From contig CM074520.1 of the NCBI GenBank assembly GCA_037379345.1, forward strand, positions 20,501,488-20,565,487: a stretch of 64,000 nucleotides of DNA, written 5' to 3'. Source of the DNA: Perna viridis. Taxonomy: Eukaryota. The position numbers were made by a program, and so were the translations under genes. A model generated the notes under the pieces. It did no database searches and had not been told where the DNA came from. It worked only from the letters and a program-made list of their open reading frames with translations. Below, in pieces: positions 26,616 through 40,404 of this stretch (position 1 is its first letter; every line of letters begins with the position of its first letter).

Positions 26616-29600
26616 ATACTATACCTTAAGACAGCTGTATTATAGTGTTAGTTCGAAGGCTATTTACGTCAAAGTTTTGCATTGTATTCGAGTTTGGCCA
26701 GTAGTAATTTATTTCTGTTTATTTTTTCAAGAAGAACTAAACACAATTGACATTTTATAAACTTAATCACGCACCGACTTTAATTACCGTTATCTGTAAT
26801 ATTTCACCTACTCGAGGTGCCAGCCAATATTATCACAATTTCACACCAAGTTTACAAAATAAAGCGGTTACAAATAGTTTCCCATGAAATTAACCAACAA
26901 CGAAGTAAACATCTATAAATATCTTTGATTTTTTTTAATGAAGCACAAATCTTAATAGGAGGTAGAACCCTTTGACCCTCTGATAAAAGACGAAAAAGTG
27001 AAGATACACCCAACGATTTAGAACTATTGTAGAACATTCATTCAAAGAGGCGTGAGAACAAGTACTAATTTGACTATAAATAGTTTCCTTAGCAACCGAA
27101 CATGATGAAGCAGTTTTGTCTGCGGCAGGCTTCGTCAACAAGAAGGCAGAGCTAATTGATATATTGAGTTAAACAGTTGCACTGAAATGGAAAAGCCCAA
27201 AATTCATGGCCAGTGAAGCGTTTACCCATCTTGGCCATCTGAGTGTTTTAGCCTGGTTTTCCCATACGGCAAAATCAGTGTAGCCCTAAACGTAAGGTTT
27301 CTGTCTAAATATCTTCACACATCACAATGGTTCAAAGCTCTTCAATTTTTAAGTGATTAACAAGTTCAACCATGTAAACTTTCTACATTAAGGAATCCTA
27401 AGGAAATAAATCCAAATTGAAATATTTCTGCAAAAGTTGTAAAATAAAACTCATTTCATTGAATCTCATTCAAGTCTGCATCCAAAGGTTACTTATATGA
27501 CCTGGAAGCAGGAATAACTATTAGTTTTCACAGTAATGTGTTCGTAAGCGGTATCAGTTCAGAAACCGTTTTAAATAGATATGCACTATAAAAACTGGTA
27601 TGCATTTTAAAACAGCAACTCGCTTTTCCCTATTAGTAATCAATCAGATGTATTATGAAGGTAGTAAATTTTAGCAAATGCATTGCTTTGATATGACAGT
27701 ATTACATAATATGGGGACATTTTAAGTCAGTCTAACTTTTTGACACTGTCCCACTTTCTTTTCTTAATAGTCTATCTTAAAATGATTGTCATTTTTAATG
27801 GAGTTAATTTCGAATATAATGGTGTAACTAGGTAGACAATGGAAACTTTCTATTCAATAGTTCCAAGATACCACACGACTTCTTGCATAAACAAATGTGA
27901 CTCGTGCGTTTTGAAAAGGGTGCTGCTATGAACAACTTACATATCCATTCAGATGAATTAGTTTGCAGGCTCGAAGGGTGCTAAGCATTAGGACTTTATA
28001 AATCATACAGAAGGATGCAAAAAATAATCCACTACTTTGTCATATATATTCTGATTGCGTTTATTTATGATCTTTAGCAGTACATGTAGAAAGCCAAAGT
28101 ACTCCCGCAAAGTTTTAATCTCCTACGTGAAATTACACAGCTCGTGCATCAATAGAAAGCGTTAATTTTGTGTTTATATAATTCTCTTCCTTTTATACAG
28201 TGAATAAATGAATAAGTGAAATAAGTTTGTTCAATAAAGATTCACTCAATAAGACACTCAAATAAATTCTTATTCATGGATACATTATAGATGCAAATTG
28301 CCTCTGGCAAAATCTGCACTGTCATGATTGAGTGCATGTAACATTGAGAAGTCAAAGAATTTATGTTTTAAGTTTATAGTTGCATGCATGTCATAAGTTA
28401 AATACAAATACACGTGGAACATGAGAAAAGGAATGGTTATGTAATTGTATCGGCGTTCTATTGGTGATTCACTATTATATTGCTTTGTTCAAGAGGTTGT
28501 GTAGCAGATCGTTTGGTAGTTTGAGAGTGGGGTTTAGCCTGAAATTTACAACTTCAGACATTTCTCGCCAATAGTGTGAATTACAACATATGATCGTGCA
28601 AAATTGGTGGTAGAGTGAAGGATGTTTTGTCTGTACCAATCGACATTTAAGAGTGGTACATTGAGGGGAAATAACGATTTTTTTTTTAAGATACTTAACT
28701 TTATTTTATGAAGTCGTTAGTCTGCTTTTTGTAGGCTATGTTTAATTTGTCTGCAAATACAAGTTAAAATGCAAATCTTTTCCATTATGTACTTTTTGTT
28801 TCTTTTTTAGTTATTCGAACTACGCAATCAATTCCACTGTAAACATAAAGCAACTAAAATACACAAATGAACATTCATAAAAATATGCATAAAATAATAC
28901 GCGTGTATTTATACATCATATATTTTCAACAATGGCGTGTGACAATTAATGTACACTTAAAAAATGGTTCATTTCGTTTGTTCAAAGCAGAGTTTATATA
29001 AACTTAAATTAAGAACAAGTGAATGATCTGGTATAAATCAAGAAACATTCTTCTTAAAACACTTAAATTTAAATTCCATGTTTGTGTTTAAACAGTTTTT
29101 TTTCTTATTTTTTTCGATGAAATATCTAGCTGATTTTCAGTCGGATGCCACCTTCCTTCAGAAAACGGAAAATCCTAAAATTGCATTGTGACGTCATAAT
29201 TTACGATAAATTTCACACTTACGACTTTTTGTGAAATCGACATTGCGGAAATGGGTTTTGGAAATGCTTGATATCATAAATTTCTGGTTCTGCGGTCTAG
29301 TTGTTACATTCCAGTTATAATAAAGTCAGTGGATTAGCTTTTCGTTCAAAGAACGGCTGTATTTCGATGGCTACACGTAAAAGGGAATGATTGTCTGATT
29401 TTGAGGAATTGAAAACAATATCTTGATCCTTTCAAATTACTCTGATCATTACGCTTTTCATGCATAAATAACTATGTTCGAATTGTGTGAAAAATATTTG
29501 TTTTAACCGTTTACATGGTGAAGATATATATCTCGATACTAAGAAATTATCCAAGTCACATTCCTCGCAATTGTCTCATAGTATATATCTGTACTTGATT

Positions 29601-30361
29601 TTATACAGCCGCTACTTACTGTCACTTAAAATTTCAGTTTACTTGGCTGTCGTGACATCACCAAAACGAGGTTGTTTAATATGAAAACGGGATTTCCGTT
29701 TTTTTTCTTGTCCGCCATGCTTGACAAACTATTCATGCACAAGATGCACCGTAGATAAATTTTATCATATCTAATATATCTTTAATAATAATTTAGACCG
29801 TCATTTAAAAAAGATTTAAACCAAATACAAAACGTTGTCCTTGTGTTTTTTGTCATTACATAAAACCCAGAGTTCAGACCTAGACACGACTTTGTCTATG
29901 ATATCAGTGCTCAACATTGAATAAATACAAAAATGACAGATCGAAGACTGCGATGATATCAGATTTTATTCATATTTATGACGAAAATGTCAACAGATAT
30001 TTTTAAGATATTTCTAAATTCCTTCTTGTCATAGTTGTGGTTTCTGACCATACAATCAATGTCCTCGATTGAGAAAACTCTTTAAATGGAGCAAGATGTA
30101 TTTGATACTAACATAAATTACATGAGAAGTTGAGACTTATGTGATCAAATGGAAAGTGTCGTTTCAAGACATTATGTCGCAACACGAAGAATGTCTTTGA
30201 AATATGAAGTACATGTATGTGTTACGAAATGAACGTGTACATACATTGTATATGTTCATGTATTAACAGAAAATGGTTTAAAACCTTAGGTCAACGGAAG
30301 GTAAAGAGCCGTGCGCAGTTACCAATAAATGTTTGAAAACACTGGCAGTTCCTTTGTCTTT

Positions 30362-30742
30362 TACGGAAGAGCCCGTTAGTACCATGTGAAGCTCTTTTTT
30401 TATCTTGTTATAACAACCTAACTAATTGTTATATCAACTTACTAACTTGTTATATCAAATTAGCTAACTTATAGTAATATGATGATGTTGTGCTAAAAAC
30501 TCTAATATTTCAGAATATCTAAATCCAAGGTAAAAATAAAAGCGGCATATCCTTTCTCGGTCCATTTTTAATGCAATTTTTTTGGGATGTGGCCGTTTAA
30601 ATCATTTATATACATGTACTAAATTGATATAACAAGTTAGCTAAGTTGATATAACAAGTTAGTTAAGTTGATATAACAAGTTAGTTAAGTTGTTATAACA
30701 AGATAAAAAAAGAGCTCCACATGGTACTAACGGGCTTCCGTA
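30362..30742. mobile_element. Non-autonomous DNA transposon, IS3EU-like (TACGG..CCGTA termini, 6-bp TSD GTCTTT, subterminal ~21-bp tandem repeats)
   Basis: TIR of about 100 bp; GTCTTT at 30356-30361 and 30743-30748; (AAGTTGATATAACAAGTTAGT)n repeats inside the TIRs. Confidence 0.8.
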
Positions 30743-31169
30743 GTCTTTTACCGATGCTGTTTTACTTGAAGTATATACTACGGCCGGATATTTAATAGTA
30801 GTCTTTGTAAAAATCTTGCAAATTCTGTAATATGTGATACACCCCCAACAATGTTACACATTTTTATTTTTGTTATTGGGTTGCTTTATAGGTCCATACT
30901 AAGAAATGTATAATTATTCATTCCAATCTGTCAGCTCTTACGAGATAATCAACATTGAAAATCCAATAGATTCTATTGTATTATAGTGTCGTTTGCAGAG
31001 TTATATCCCTTTCTTTACCATGTCAAATATTAGCTCAAATAAGGTTTCATTATGTTTCTATATCTGTCCAGTACTTTAGGTTATGAATTGCATTTGTCCA
31101 CAAAAAGAAATTCTGCATTGTAAGAGAATCACTAAAATCTAAGAAAATCTTAGGTTTTTATTACAGTAT

Positions 31170-31435
31170 ACATTTTTGCACCCAGGTTAGGAATTTCTGG
31201 CCTCTGTATGTACTGTTTCGTTTTCACTTTCAGTTTACTTTTATGTTGCTGGAGTATATAGGGGCAACTATTTCGCTTTACTTTGGTATAATGTTGTTTT
31301 GGGGCCAACTGCAGTCTGTCCTGTGGTATGAGTGTTTCCTCGTCGTGCACTGAAGACCCACGGCTAGCCTTGAGCTAACATTTTTCACCCCGGTGGGGTT
31401 GTCGTCTCTTTGACATATTCACCATTTCCATTATC
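31170..31435 (+). repeat. Degraded copy of an abundant mussel-type interspersed repeat
   Basis: GGGGCCAACTG...CTGAAGACCC...GGGTTGTCGTCTCTTTGACATATTCACCATTTCCATT motif, recognised from memory of bivalve repeats and not verified by search. Confidence 0.45.
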
Positions 31436-34379
31436 GTTATATTGATTATAATGCAAGATCGGAACAGGGTGTATTAACTTTGTCATAGATTATAATATTT
31501 TTTAACTTTGTAATTTATCTGAATTCGTTTCTGCTGAAATGACACTATCGTGACAAATTATATAATCGACAATATACCCTTAGATATACCCGTTTGTATC
31601 AACTTCTGTTTAAACAAATTTTATAAATTCTCGCTGAAACCCAAATTATAAGTGATGTGCTTTTAATGAGTTTTGTCAAACACAAAAAGCATATTTAGAA
31701 GCCTATTGATTACCTATGAGCACGGGTTCCATTGTTTACATGCACACATAATAAATTTCAAATTTAAAGGCTGACAAATTCTATCCGCGAACACGCCCTT
31801 CAAGTCTTTATTCTAAATCTATTGAAATTAATCTAATTGAAATCATACACGCTAATAAAGATACACTGCCAATAGGGGCTATATGATACTTGTAACAAAC
31901 TTGAATAATATTATATATGACACCATTAGATTGATATCTATCTTATTGGTGAATAAAGGGGTCTAAGTTTGAAATATAGCCCTTGAGTTGCGGTTAACTT
32001 TTCAGACGCCAACAGGAAAACAAAGTTAGCGCTTGTATTTTTAGTATAGAGTTAAAATCCTGAAAATGATCAGGGCCCTCAGAAGAAAAAAAAACAAGAA
32101 AATGTTTTCCAACCGATGACAGTTGTTTGTAGTGTAAGGAGGTGTTACTTTTATACGTGTATGTGTTAGTAGACAAAAATCATCAATAATCACTAGAATT
32201 TATGGAGCTATGATGGGGACAAGCAAAGAAAGAATATTGTGTGCATGGCTAAAAAAAAGAATGTTGCAGAGGCGGATCCCCGAATTTTGAAAAAGGGGGG
32301 TTCAGATGGGTTCTAGGAAGAAAGGCGATTCCACACAATTATTTACTCATTTTGACCATCTTCTGCACAAAATTTTCCACCGATAGCACAATGATCTGCC
32401 ATTGAGTTGGACTCCCAATACATATGCGCATGTATTATATTTTCAATGTGTGTTTGGTGTAAAGGTATACCAAAGACAATCCATATAAACAGAATCTTTA
32501 TTATAATAACATAAAATAAAATACAGGTTACATATTTAACATTACAGCCAGACGAAATTTGAAAGTGGAAAAGTCGACTTCATCGAAGAGAGATCAATTT
32601 TACCAAACATCCAATAAAGCGAAGGGTGGTCATAATTAGCCCTTCAATGAGCGGTGACAAATAAATTTCCTACACACGAAGTATGCCTCCCACTGGCCCA
32701 TGAGAGACAAATATTTCGGATGAGCAAAATCGACAATTCACGTTTACTCGAAACCTATAAAAATTACTCAAAATCAGACCTGATTACAAGAGTATGAAGT
32801 TCCTAACATTGGTCAGGCACAAAAGATGCATGTGTTGGAACTTGCTAAATGGGGTCGATCTCAATCCCCTCTATCTCTTACAAATGTAGATATCAAACTA
32901 CTCAATAACACACGATAAAATTCAATTACAATGAGAACTGAATACAGTGTTAAAATAAGGAGCATATCAAACTAAGTACAAGAGAAACAATAAGCATTGG
33001 TCTACTAGCGGTTACGTTACTTGCATGCAAGCACCAGACCTCAATTAAATTATTCCTCAACAAATAGCACATAATATGCAACTTGTTGATCAAGTGTGCA
33101 GTAAACACCATGACATATCTAAAAAAAAATTGCTGTTGATGCGCAATTACTAATTACTCATAATCTAGGGACATTTATTAATTAGTTTACGTCCGAAAAT
33201 GAAAATTTATGAGTGGAAGACACTGGAATGAAAATAATTCGTGATAATTTATCTTTACTTGGTTTAAAAACAAGAATTCACCAGTCAGAGGGCATGGCAT
33301 TAACATGTCATACAAATGGTAAACGTCAAAGTAACCTATATTTTTGTGGTTTGTTTACGAAAATTCTTTAAAATGCCTGTTAAGGTTGTTCTATATAGGA
33401 CTGGGTTGAAAGATTGCGGCTCGTCTGCCTCCTTATTTCCGTTGTGTACGAATGTAATAGTAAGGCAGCAGTTACTACCCCCTTACAGTTCTTCTCTCAG
33501 GTAGAACACCTAGCTCTCTTTAGAAGAGTATCAATTCAGTGCTTAGAACGTCGGATTGGAGCTGATTAATTACGACCCTCAGCGCAAACGGAGCTACTCG
33601 CGCGGACATTTCCGCAAACGCTAAAAAATAATAGTGACGGTATTTATGAGTGGTTCCGATCGACCCTAAGTGCGATATAGTCAGCTGGTTGTTAGCTTTC
33701 TCCACTTGTACGCCACTATCTGTAAAAAAGTGGTTAACCGGCTCTTTTTGGAAAAAAAACAAGATGTGGTAACTACAATCAGTAAAACAAAGAGAAACAG
33801 AGAAATGTCACTTAGAAAGGAGAGAGGAAAAATTGCCAACTCATATTTCACGCCAATCAAGATGTGTTTGATGGAAAATCCTCAAAGACAAACCAAATAA
33901 ACAAAACGTTAAACATTAAAGTAGATAAAAGTCAGAATAATTCAAACCTCAAATACATCTCTTTGCATTCCTGAAGGACACTTGACTGAATCATTTCATT
34001 ATTTATTTTTGTTCATAAAAACGACACCGTGGATGTAAAATAGATATCAAACTTACATAAATAGTCACAAAAGCTAAAATGAGAATTTCAAGCATTCAGT
34101 TGAAGATGTTTTAAAGCGTTTTTGTCATACTTTTTGACGTGTCTCTTTGTTTGAAGAAAACTTATTAGAAATCTAGGTTTTAAAAAGATGCAAATGTCAT
34201 GTTAGTTTGTGACTTAACGGCTTACCGGTCAAAAATGATTAATTAAATATCCGTAGCTCTGTTCTCTCCTCCTTTCAAAGCGGTAAATATGTAGCTAGGC
34301 ATTATGAAAATAATTTAATTATAAGTCTGACCCCCTCCTTCAGATGAATTAAATAAGGTCGGCGCCATAGAAAATACAT

Positions 34380-34712
34380 TGGATATAACTCCCTTCGTCC
34401 TTCAAAAGCCATGTCACGGAAGATTCATGCCATGTAGGATATCACTGGAGCGAACTCTAAATCCTTCAGACGGATAAACATGCCAATGCAGAAAATGCCT
34501 GCAATGCTATCGCCATAGGCTCTGAGTTTTGTGTCTCGACCAACTGTTTACAGGCGAAGAATCTGTTTCGAATTCAATTGCAAACTGCATCTTATTTTTT
34601 TTTTCATAGTTTTTTATTTTTTTTTTTATTTTTATTTTTTTTTATTTTGTGAATTTCTATTACTTGACTTGTGTAATGGATGTCTGTGTGAAATAAAATC
34701 TTGAATTCGAAT
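34380..34712 (+). mobile_element. Possible CR1-type LINE 3' remnant
   Basis: Degenerate CRISLE..LN..TCQC..C..Y..R / LFTG..N..LF peptide, T-rich UTR, and an AATAAAATCTTGAA tail. Confidence 0.3.
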
Positions 34713-37700
34713 TATAAGATCATGTCATACTAGAATTAATCTCGGCCTAGAATACCATTACCATTTTTTGTATTTTCACATCTTTGGTATGTAAGGATGA
34801 AATGTCATTCAGTGTAAATCACAGCAAGTTTTAGTGAGCCTTCGGTCATTGAACATCAAAAGGTGTTATCTATATACTATTTCATCAAATTTGCTATCTA
34901 GTGTCTCATTGATCAACGATTGGAATGATTTGTTTCTTTCCAACGGCAAAATTTCAGCAAATTCTGACGAGTAGGTTAGCGCGATATGATTGCATTCGTT
35001 ACAAAGGGTATTGCCCTCTCCAGGTTGAACGAACAAAAGGTCACACGTCTTTGATTGTCGGAATAAAAACTTTACACCATCATAAACAAATGGCAAGTAC
35101 TTGCTAATTTAGAATAGTATATTGTTCAAAATTTATACGATGACAGTTCAGAAAACGCAAACTTCTGTCTGAGCTAGAAACAGCATGAAAATGCGATAAT
35201 AGCAAAGAAATGTAGTGTCTACAAAATAACAATCTAGGTGATTCTTTTGTATTTATCTGATTGATTTTTCTGTATTTAGAAACCACCGTGATGCCACTGT
35301 TGGTAGGCCATAGGTCCCCGAAGAAATTCACCAATCCAGTAGTCAGACTTGTCTGATCCTACATTAGCATCAGATTTTAATAATAAATATATTTTTTTTC
35401 TATATTAGCTGTAGTACAAAATTCGAAACCTCTAAAAGAATTTGGTTGTAATACTGCTGATGATCGGTTACTCCTTGATACAAATTTACACACACCAAAA
35501 TGTGCACTATTTATATGATTGGTATTTTTGTCCAAAAAAATGCAATAAGGGAAAGAGAGTCTTGCCTTCATCATTCAATGTAAAATACTTCAGGGCTTGA
35601 TTTATATCCAACGATGGCCTCACACGAATAGAACAAATACAACGACAAAGTAAAAATGAAATGATTAAAATACAAACAACATTTAAAAAAACAAAATACT
35701 GTTAATGGAAATCTGATGAAGTTTGCAGGATCAACATAATTTCATTCAGCGGTTTTTGAAGAGGCACGGATAGAGACTTGGGACGGGCGAACAGTTGGGC
35801 GGCCAGCATGATCAATACATACAGTATCTTCCGATTTCAAGCGATAGCGATCCAGAAGGCTCAACAACACAGGCAACATGACATCCAGTGACATTTCAAT
35901 AACAGGTGCGTTCTAAAAGCAGCGCGTCGGAAGCATGATATTTTGCATTTCTCTATTAGTCAGAAGCCAAAAATGGGTGTTTCCCAAACTAAGTACACAA
36001 CGTGGACTTAGATGTATAGTCTAGATGTAATTAATAATGATTTCTGTCTGTTGATACATGTAGAAAACTTTAATGCCTTTGATTTTTTGCCCATGGACTT
36101 TGAGATGTAAGACATACTAATAATAATTGTCTCTTCAAGTATTTCAGATGGTCTAAGTTCACAAATTTATTAGACACAGGCCTCCGGATTAAAACATTCA
36201 CATGTTAATCATAATAAGATGAAAATTTTATACCATAAAATGACATGTCATTGTTTACTTGGAAATCATCTACTAACATATTTTAGCTTTTGGTCGACTA
36301 CATATCCCTATTTTTAGTTTAGTGCATTTTTTTCTTGTATCCAAATAATTGTTATGAATTGAAGTTTCCTCCTATTAGGTATAGAATTTGTACCAATTGA
36401 TAACTTTTGTTAAGGCCAATAAGACCCCTTGTTGATATGATGATTGCTATATATTCTTTTATTGTTGTGCTGCTTATTTCGCCGTCGTATTGTGCACCTA
36501 GCTCCTTTTTAAATTTCTATTTGATAATGACTTTTGGGGTTTCCCGATGCGAAAACATATTCTTCAATTACAGGGACCATTTTCTAGCCCATAACTCCTC
36601 TAAAATCACTGAAAGGAATTCAATTAAATTTCACAAACCCTTTATAATATGATGCCTTGGAATAAGATACCGAATTATCTAATAATCTTGAATATTCATT
36701 TGTATTATTTTTAATTCGGAAACGAGTTCCGTCAGTTAAGGTTAAGGCAAAGCAAGAGGGAAATCCCCATCTCTTTCCATTATTCGAAACGCATTTCAAC
36801 ATTTCTACTGGTTCAATCGGATAATTAATGTAAAGGGCAAAATGTATTCACATTTGTGAAATGGGAAGTTTCTTCTAAAAGCAGAACAGATCCAGTATTT
36901 CGTACCTCGATGGTACAAAATGCACATATTATTATACGGTGGTAGTCTCCGTTTTCAAAGTTAACAATTATCATGAAACTGAGTTTTCAAAACCTGTAAA
37001 TTAAAGAGGAGACTTATTGCATAAAAGATAAAGCACTAATAAAAATTGCGGTTTGAGAGGGACAATAATATGTTTAAGGATTAAACGCGGTATCTTCGTT
37101 TTGAACAATGTACATGAACGTAAATGCAAACATAAGCGATTGATTTCAAAACTGACGTTCTTGAAAAAAAAATACTCAGCCCGTTAGAAAGAGGAATGGA
37201 AAAAGATTCCACTACATAAGATCCAAGGCCTTACATGATGTCTTCGAATTCTTGAGGTAATTTTAACATGTAAAACATACAAAATGATAATAAATTATGC
37301 CAGTCTGAGAGTAATTACCGTTTCACATGCGTCGGCCAGTTTGCGGTATGAATACGAAACGTTCCGGCATTTTCTGACTAAGCAACGGAGATAATTGTCA
37401 TGTGGCAAGGTTTTGTTGTATGTCTATAAATGTATTTATGTCTAAGCATAAAGAAAGCATATTTAATCCTCCAAGGCCAAAAAAAAAAAAGAACACGATC
37501 TGTTCCTTTAAATAGATTTGCACTAAACTTCTTGACAAGGAACCATGCAAGGTTGACGTTAACAATTTTCTTTGCTCTATATTCAGGGGAACATGGCGGT
37601 GCATTTTCGGCAATGTACATACTATGTTATAAAAATATATTGCATTAACACACCAAGAATGGCATATATTCCTTGCTACGAATGTAGATTGGGGTAGCAG

Positions 37701-38840
37701 AAACAGATAAATGTTTTAACAACTAAAAAACCGCCATATTTTTCTACTGAATCGATTAATGTCGTTGTAATGCAGTTGTTTGGGCAAAAACATAATGTTG
37801 AGTCAACAATACTGTCAAATAAGGCGAACAAGAAACTGTAAGTATAGCAAAATGCTGTCTTTATTGTAGCTACGTATAATATGTATACACTTGCCCATTC
37901 ATTAAAGAGCCAATAAAAATCGACAAATGGTAAAAACAGAAAGCCAGGCTCAACAGGATAAGAAGTACAGTAGAATAATTTGTGGAATTGATTGAAATAA
38001 GGAAAATCTACCAGTATTTGTACATTTAGTTATGGTGACGGAGTGTCAAAGACGTCCTTTACATGTATAGATTTCTTGTCAAAAGTATGGGGAAATAATG
38101 TGAGGTAAAATTACACACTCAAAATGTTTAATACATACTCATTTTTTTTTACTGCATTGGGATTTAAAAAAAAATGCACCAAAATTTGCTTAATTATACA
38201 GATAAATGAAAGACTAAATAGAAAAAGAAGAATCTTTTATCTGGGTCATACAAACAATATCAATGCAAAAAATCCAAATTTTTATTGATCAGAAAATGCA
38301 CCATCATTCATCATTAATCTTGTTTAAGAAAATGACTTCGAGTGTCCTTCTGAGTTAATAAAGTCTAAGTTTATTTCAACATTGCGAATAAAATTGTCAA
38401 AAAACTTTAAATGAGGATATAGGAATCTTAAAAGGAGACAAAAACATCGTAACTGACTCCAAGTATATGACTAAAATTACTTTTAAGTATAAATTGGAAG
38501 CTATTCCATTTATTGTTGAATTTCGATGTCCTTTTCGTAAAAAAACAACTTGACTTTTAAAATTAGAAGTGGAAGTGGATCAAATAGTATTTAAATGATA
38601 TACTGACGTACCGTCAACCACGTGGACTTTTTGTCAGGCGCTAGATCACTTCTAAAAGCTTCTGCAACATGTTATATTGCCACAAGATTGAAGGCATTAC
38701 TTCCAAGATTTAATGGTCGTTATTATGAACTGGGTCGTTAACTTAAGGTGTATTCAACTGCGCCATGAAAACTGATTTGTTCATCTAGTCATCGATCTGT
38801 CTACCCCGGACGTGACATTTTAGCAGCAACTCGCCTGGTG

Positions 38841-39040
38841 TTTCTAGAAAAGCAGGGGACGATTATCATACCGGTGCACCCGGTCCATGCTCCCAGTTTT
38901 TAGTGGAGTTGATAATTTAATTTTGTAACCGTCCATGTCAGTGTTAACGTTATTATGGTGTGTGTCTGTATTTCCCATGACTAGTCGTTATCCTTGGAAT
39001 ATATTCCTTTTTCTATAACCATCCTGATTCCCTTGATTTT
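38841..39040 (+). repeat. Older copy of the Penelope-like 3'-end short repeat
   Basis: TTTCTAGAAAAGCAGGGGACGATTATCATACCGGTGCACCCGGTCCATGCTCCCAGTTTTTAGTGGAG matches 16277-16345. Confidence 0.75.
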
Positions 39041-40037
39041 CCCATCATAAATAATTCGTTTGAAATTCATATTCGAATATCCAATTTCTTTCTTGACCTC
39101 CGTGCATAACTTGCTCAGTCTCCCATAGTGTTAGGACGGAATCTGTGACAAAATAAATCTTTTCATTTAAAAAAAATAATGAACAAATAACCGATTTGAC
39201 CATTTGATATTAAAGGGGTGGCGTTTCAAAGATTCCCTCGGATTAAAATACTTGTATTTTTACCATGTCAACGTTTAAAATATTTAATTTTCACATACAT
39301 CAAGTTAATGATAATTATGTAAAATATAATTTTCGAATCAGAGTGGTTGTTTTTCCCATGCAATGCCTTGATCAAAAACATTTCATGTTTTGTAAAAGTT
39401 CTGATTCAAAATATTCATTTTAAAATTCTTCAACTCCAAAAACAAATGGTCGCCCCCCTTAATAATTGAATTAAGTAGCCTTTCTGATATAGTACCTTGA
39501 ACTTCTTTTATATCTCTCAGTAGAAATTAAGGGCCATGTACAAACAAATAATATTTTTACAATTATTTGTAAATTCAACAAAGGGACGTGTACTTGTTAG
39601 AAGCTCTCTGACTTTGCTTTTCAAAGAAGGTTATAGTGGTCTGATATAAACACCATAGTGCAACAAATGTGTCAATGAGAAAAACACGGAATTATTGAAA
39701 TTACAACAGTATCAGCTTTCTTGTCTAACTTTCCTATCACCGTTCAAGATCAGGTGTGTTACCGTGAGATTAAATCTCAACAGTCATGTAACTTTGTTTC
39801 TGTGTTTCTCTCTCGTCGAAAGTGCCTAATCTCTGAAGAAGATCAGGAATGATTATCTCGGGGTGAAAATGGACAAAAATATTAGCGTTCGCTTTTGGAG
39901 AAGGTTGTGTGTACTCTTCTCGCTTCGTTTACAACGGAAATGCAGGTGGTTGTTCGAATCAATTTTAAAAAAGCTAGTATGTAGTGACTGAATCTTGCAT
40001 GACCAACCACGGACTCCCTGAGTCAACGCTTCAACCT

Positions 40038-40174
40038 CAGCGGTCCTTTTCACAAAAAAATCGTAAGTGTAAAATTAGTCGTAAGTTATGATGTCATAAC
40101 AGAGTTAAGTATTGTGACGTCACAACTTACGACTAATTTTACTCTTACGATTTTTTTTGAGAAAAGGGCTGCTG
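40038..40174. mobile_element. Palindromic MITE (PIF/Harbinger-like, CAG/CTG flanks)
   Basis: Nearly the whole element is one hairpin: CCTTTTCACAAAAAAATCGTAAGTGTAAAATTAGTCGTAAGTT... / ...AACTTACGACTAATTTTACTCTTACGATTTTTTTTGAGAAAAGG. Confidence 0.75.
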
Positions 40175-40404
40175 TTCCGTATTTTACAAATGCTAACTTT
40201 GAAACCCGAATCAAACTAGCTTCTGCACCTTGGGATGATACTATTTAGGTTTGTGGTCTTTCTGCGATAACATGTCATGTCCGGATAGAAAGCGCAAAAA
40301 TATTTAAAATAGTCTTATTTTCACAAACTATTAACCTCAGTGCTTGCCCGCATGAATTGAAATAGCACTATATGCTTATAGGGATATATGACAGATCTCG
40401 GAGT

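Noticed and set aside
31345-31400. Hammerhead ribozyme (CTGAAGA core) in a repeat
   Set aside because: No matching GAAA strand or stems could be drawn
34866-35574. Three consecutive short minus-strand ORFs as a processed pseudogene ending in the A-rich tract at ~34600
   Set aside because: No recognisable protein family and no canonical polyA signal; the T-rich tract fits a plus-strand LINE 3' end better
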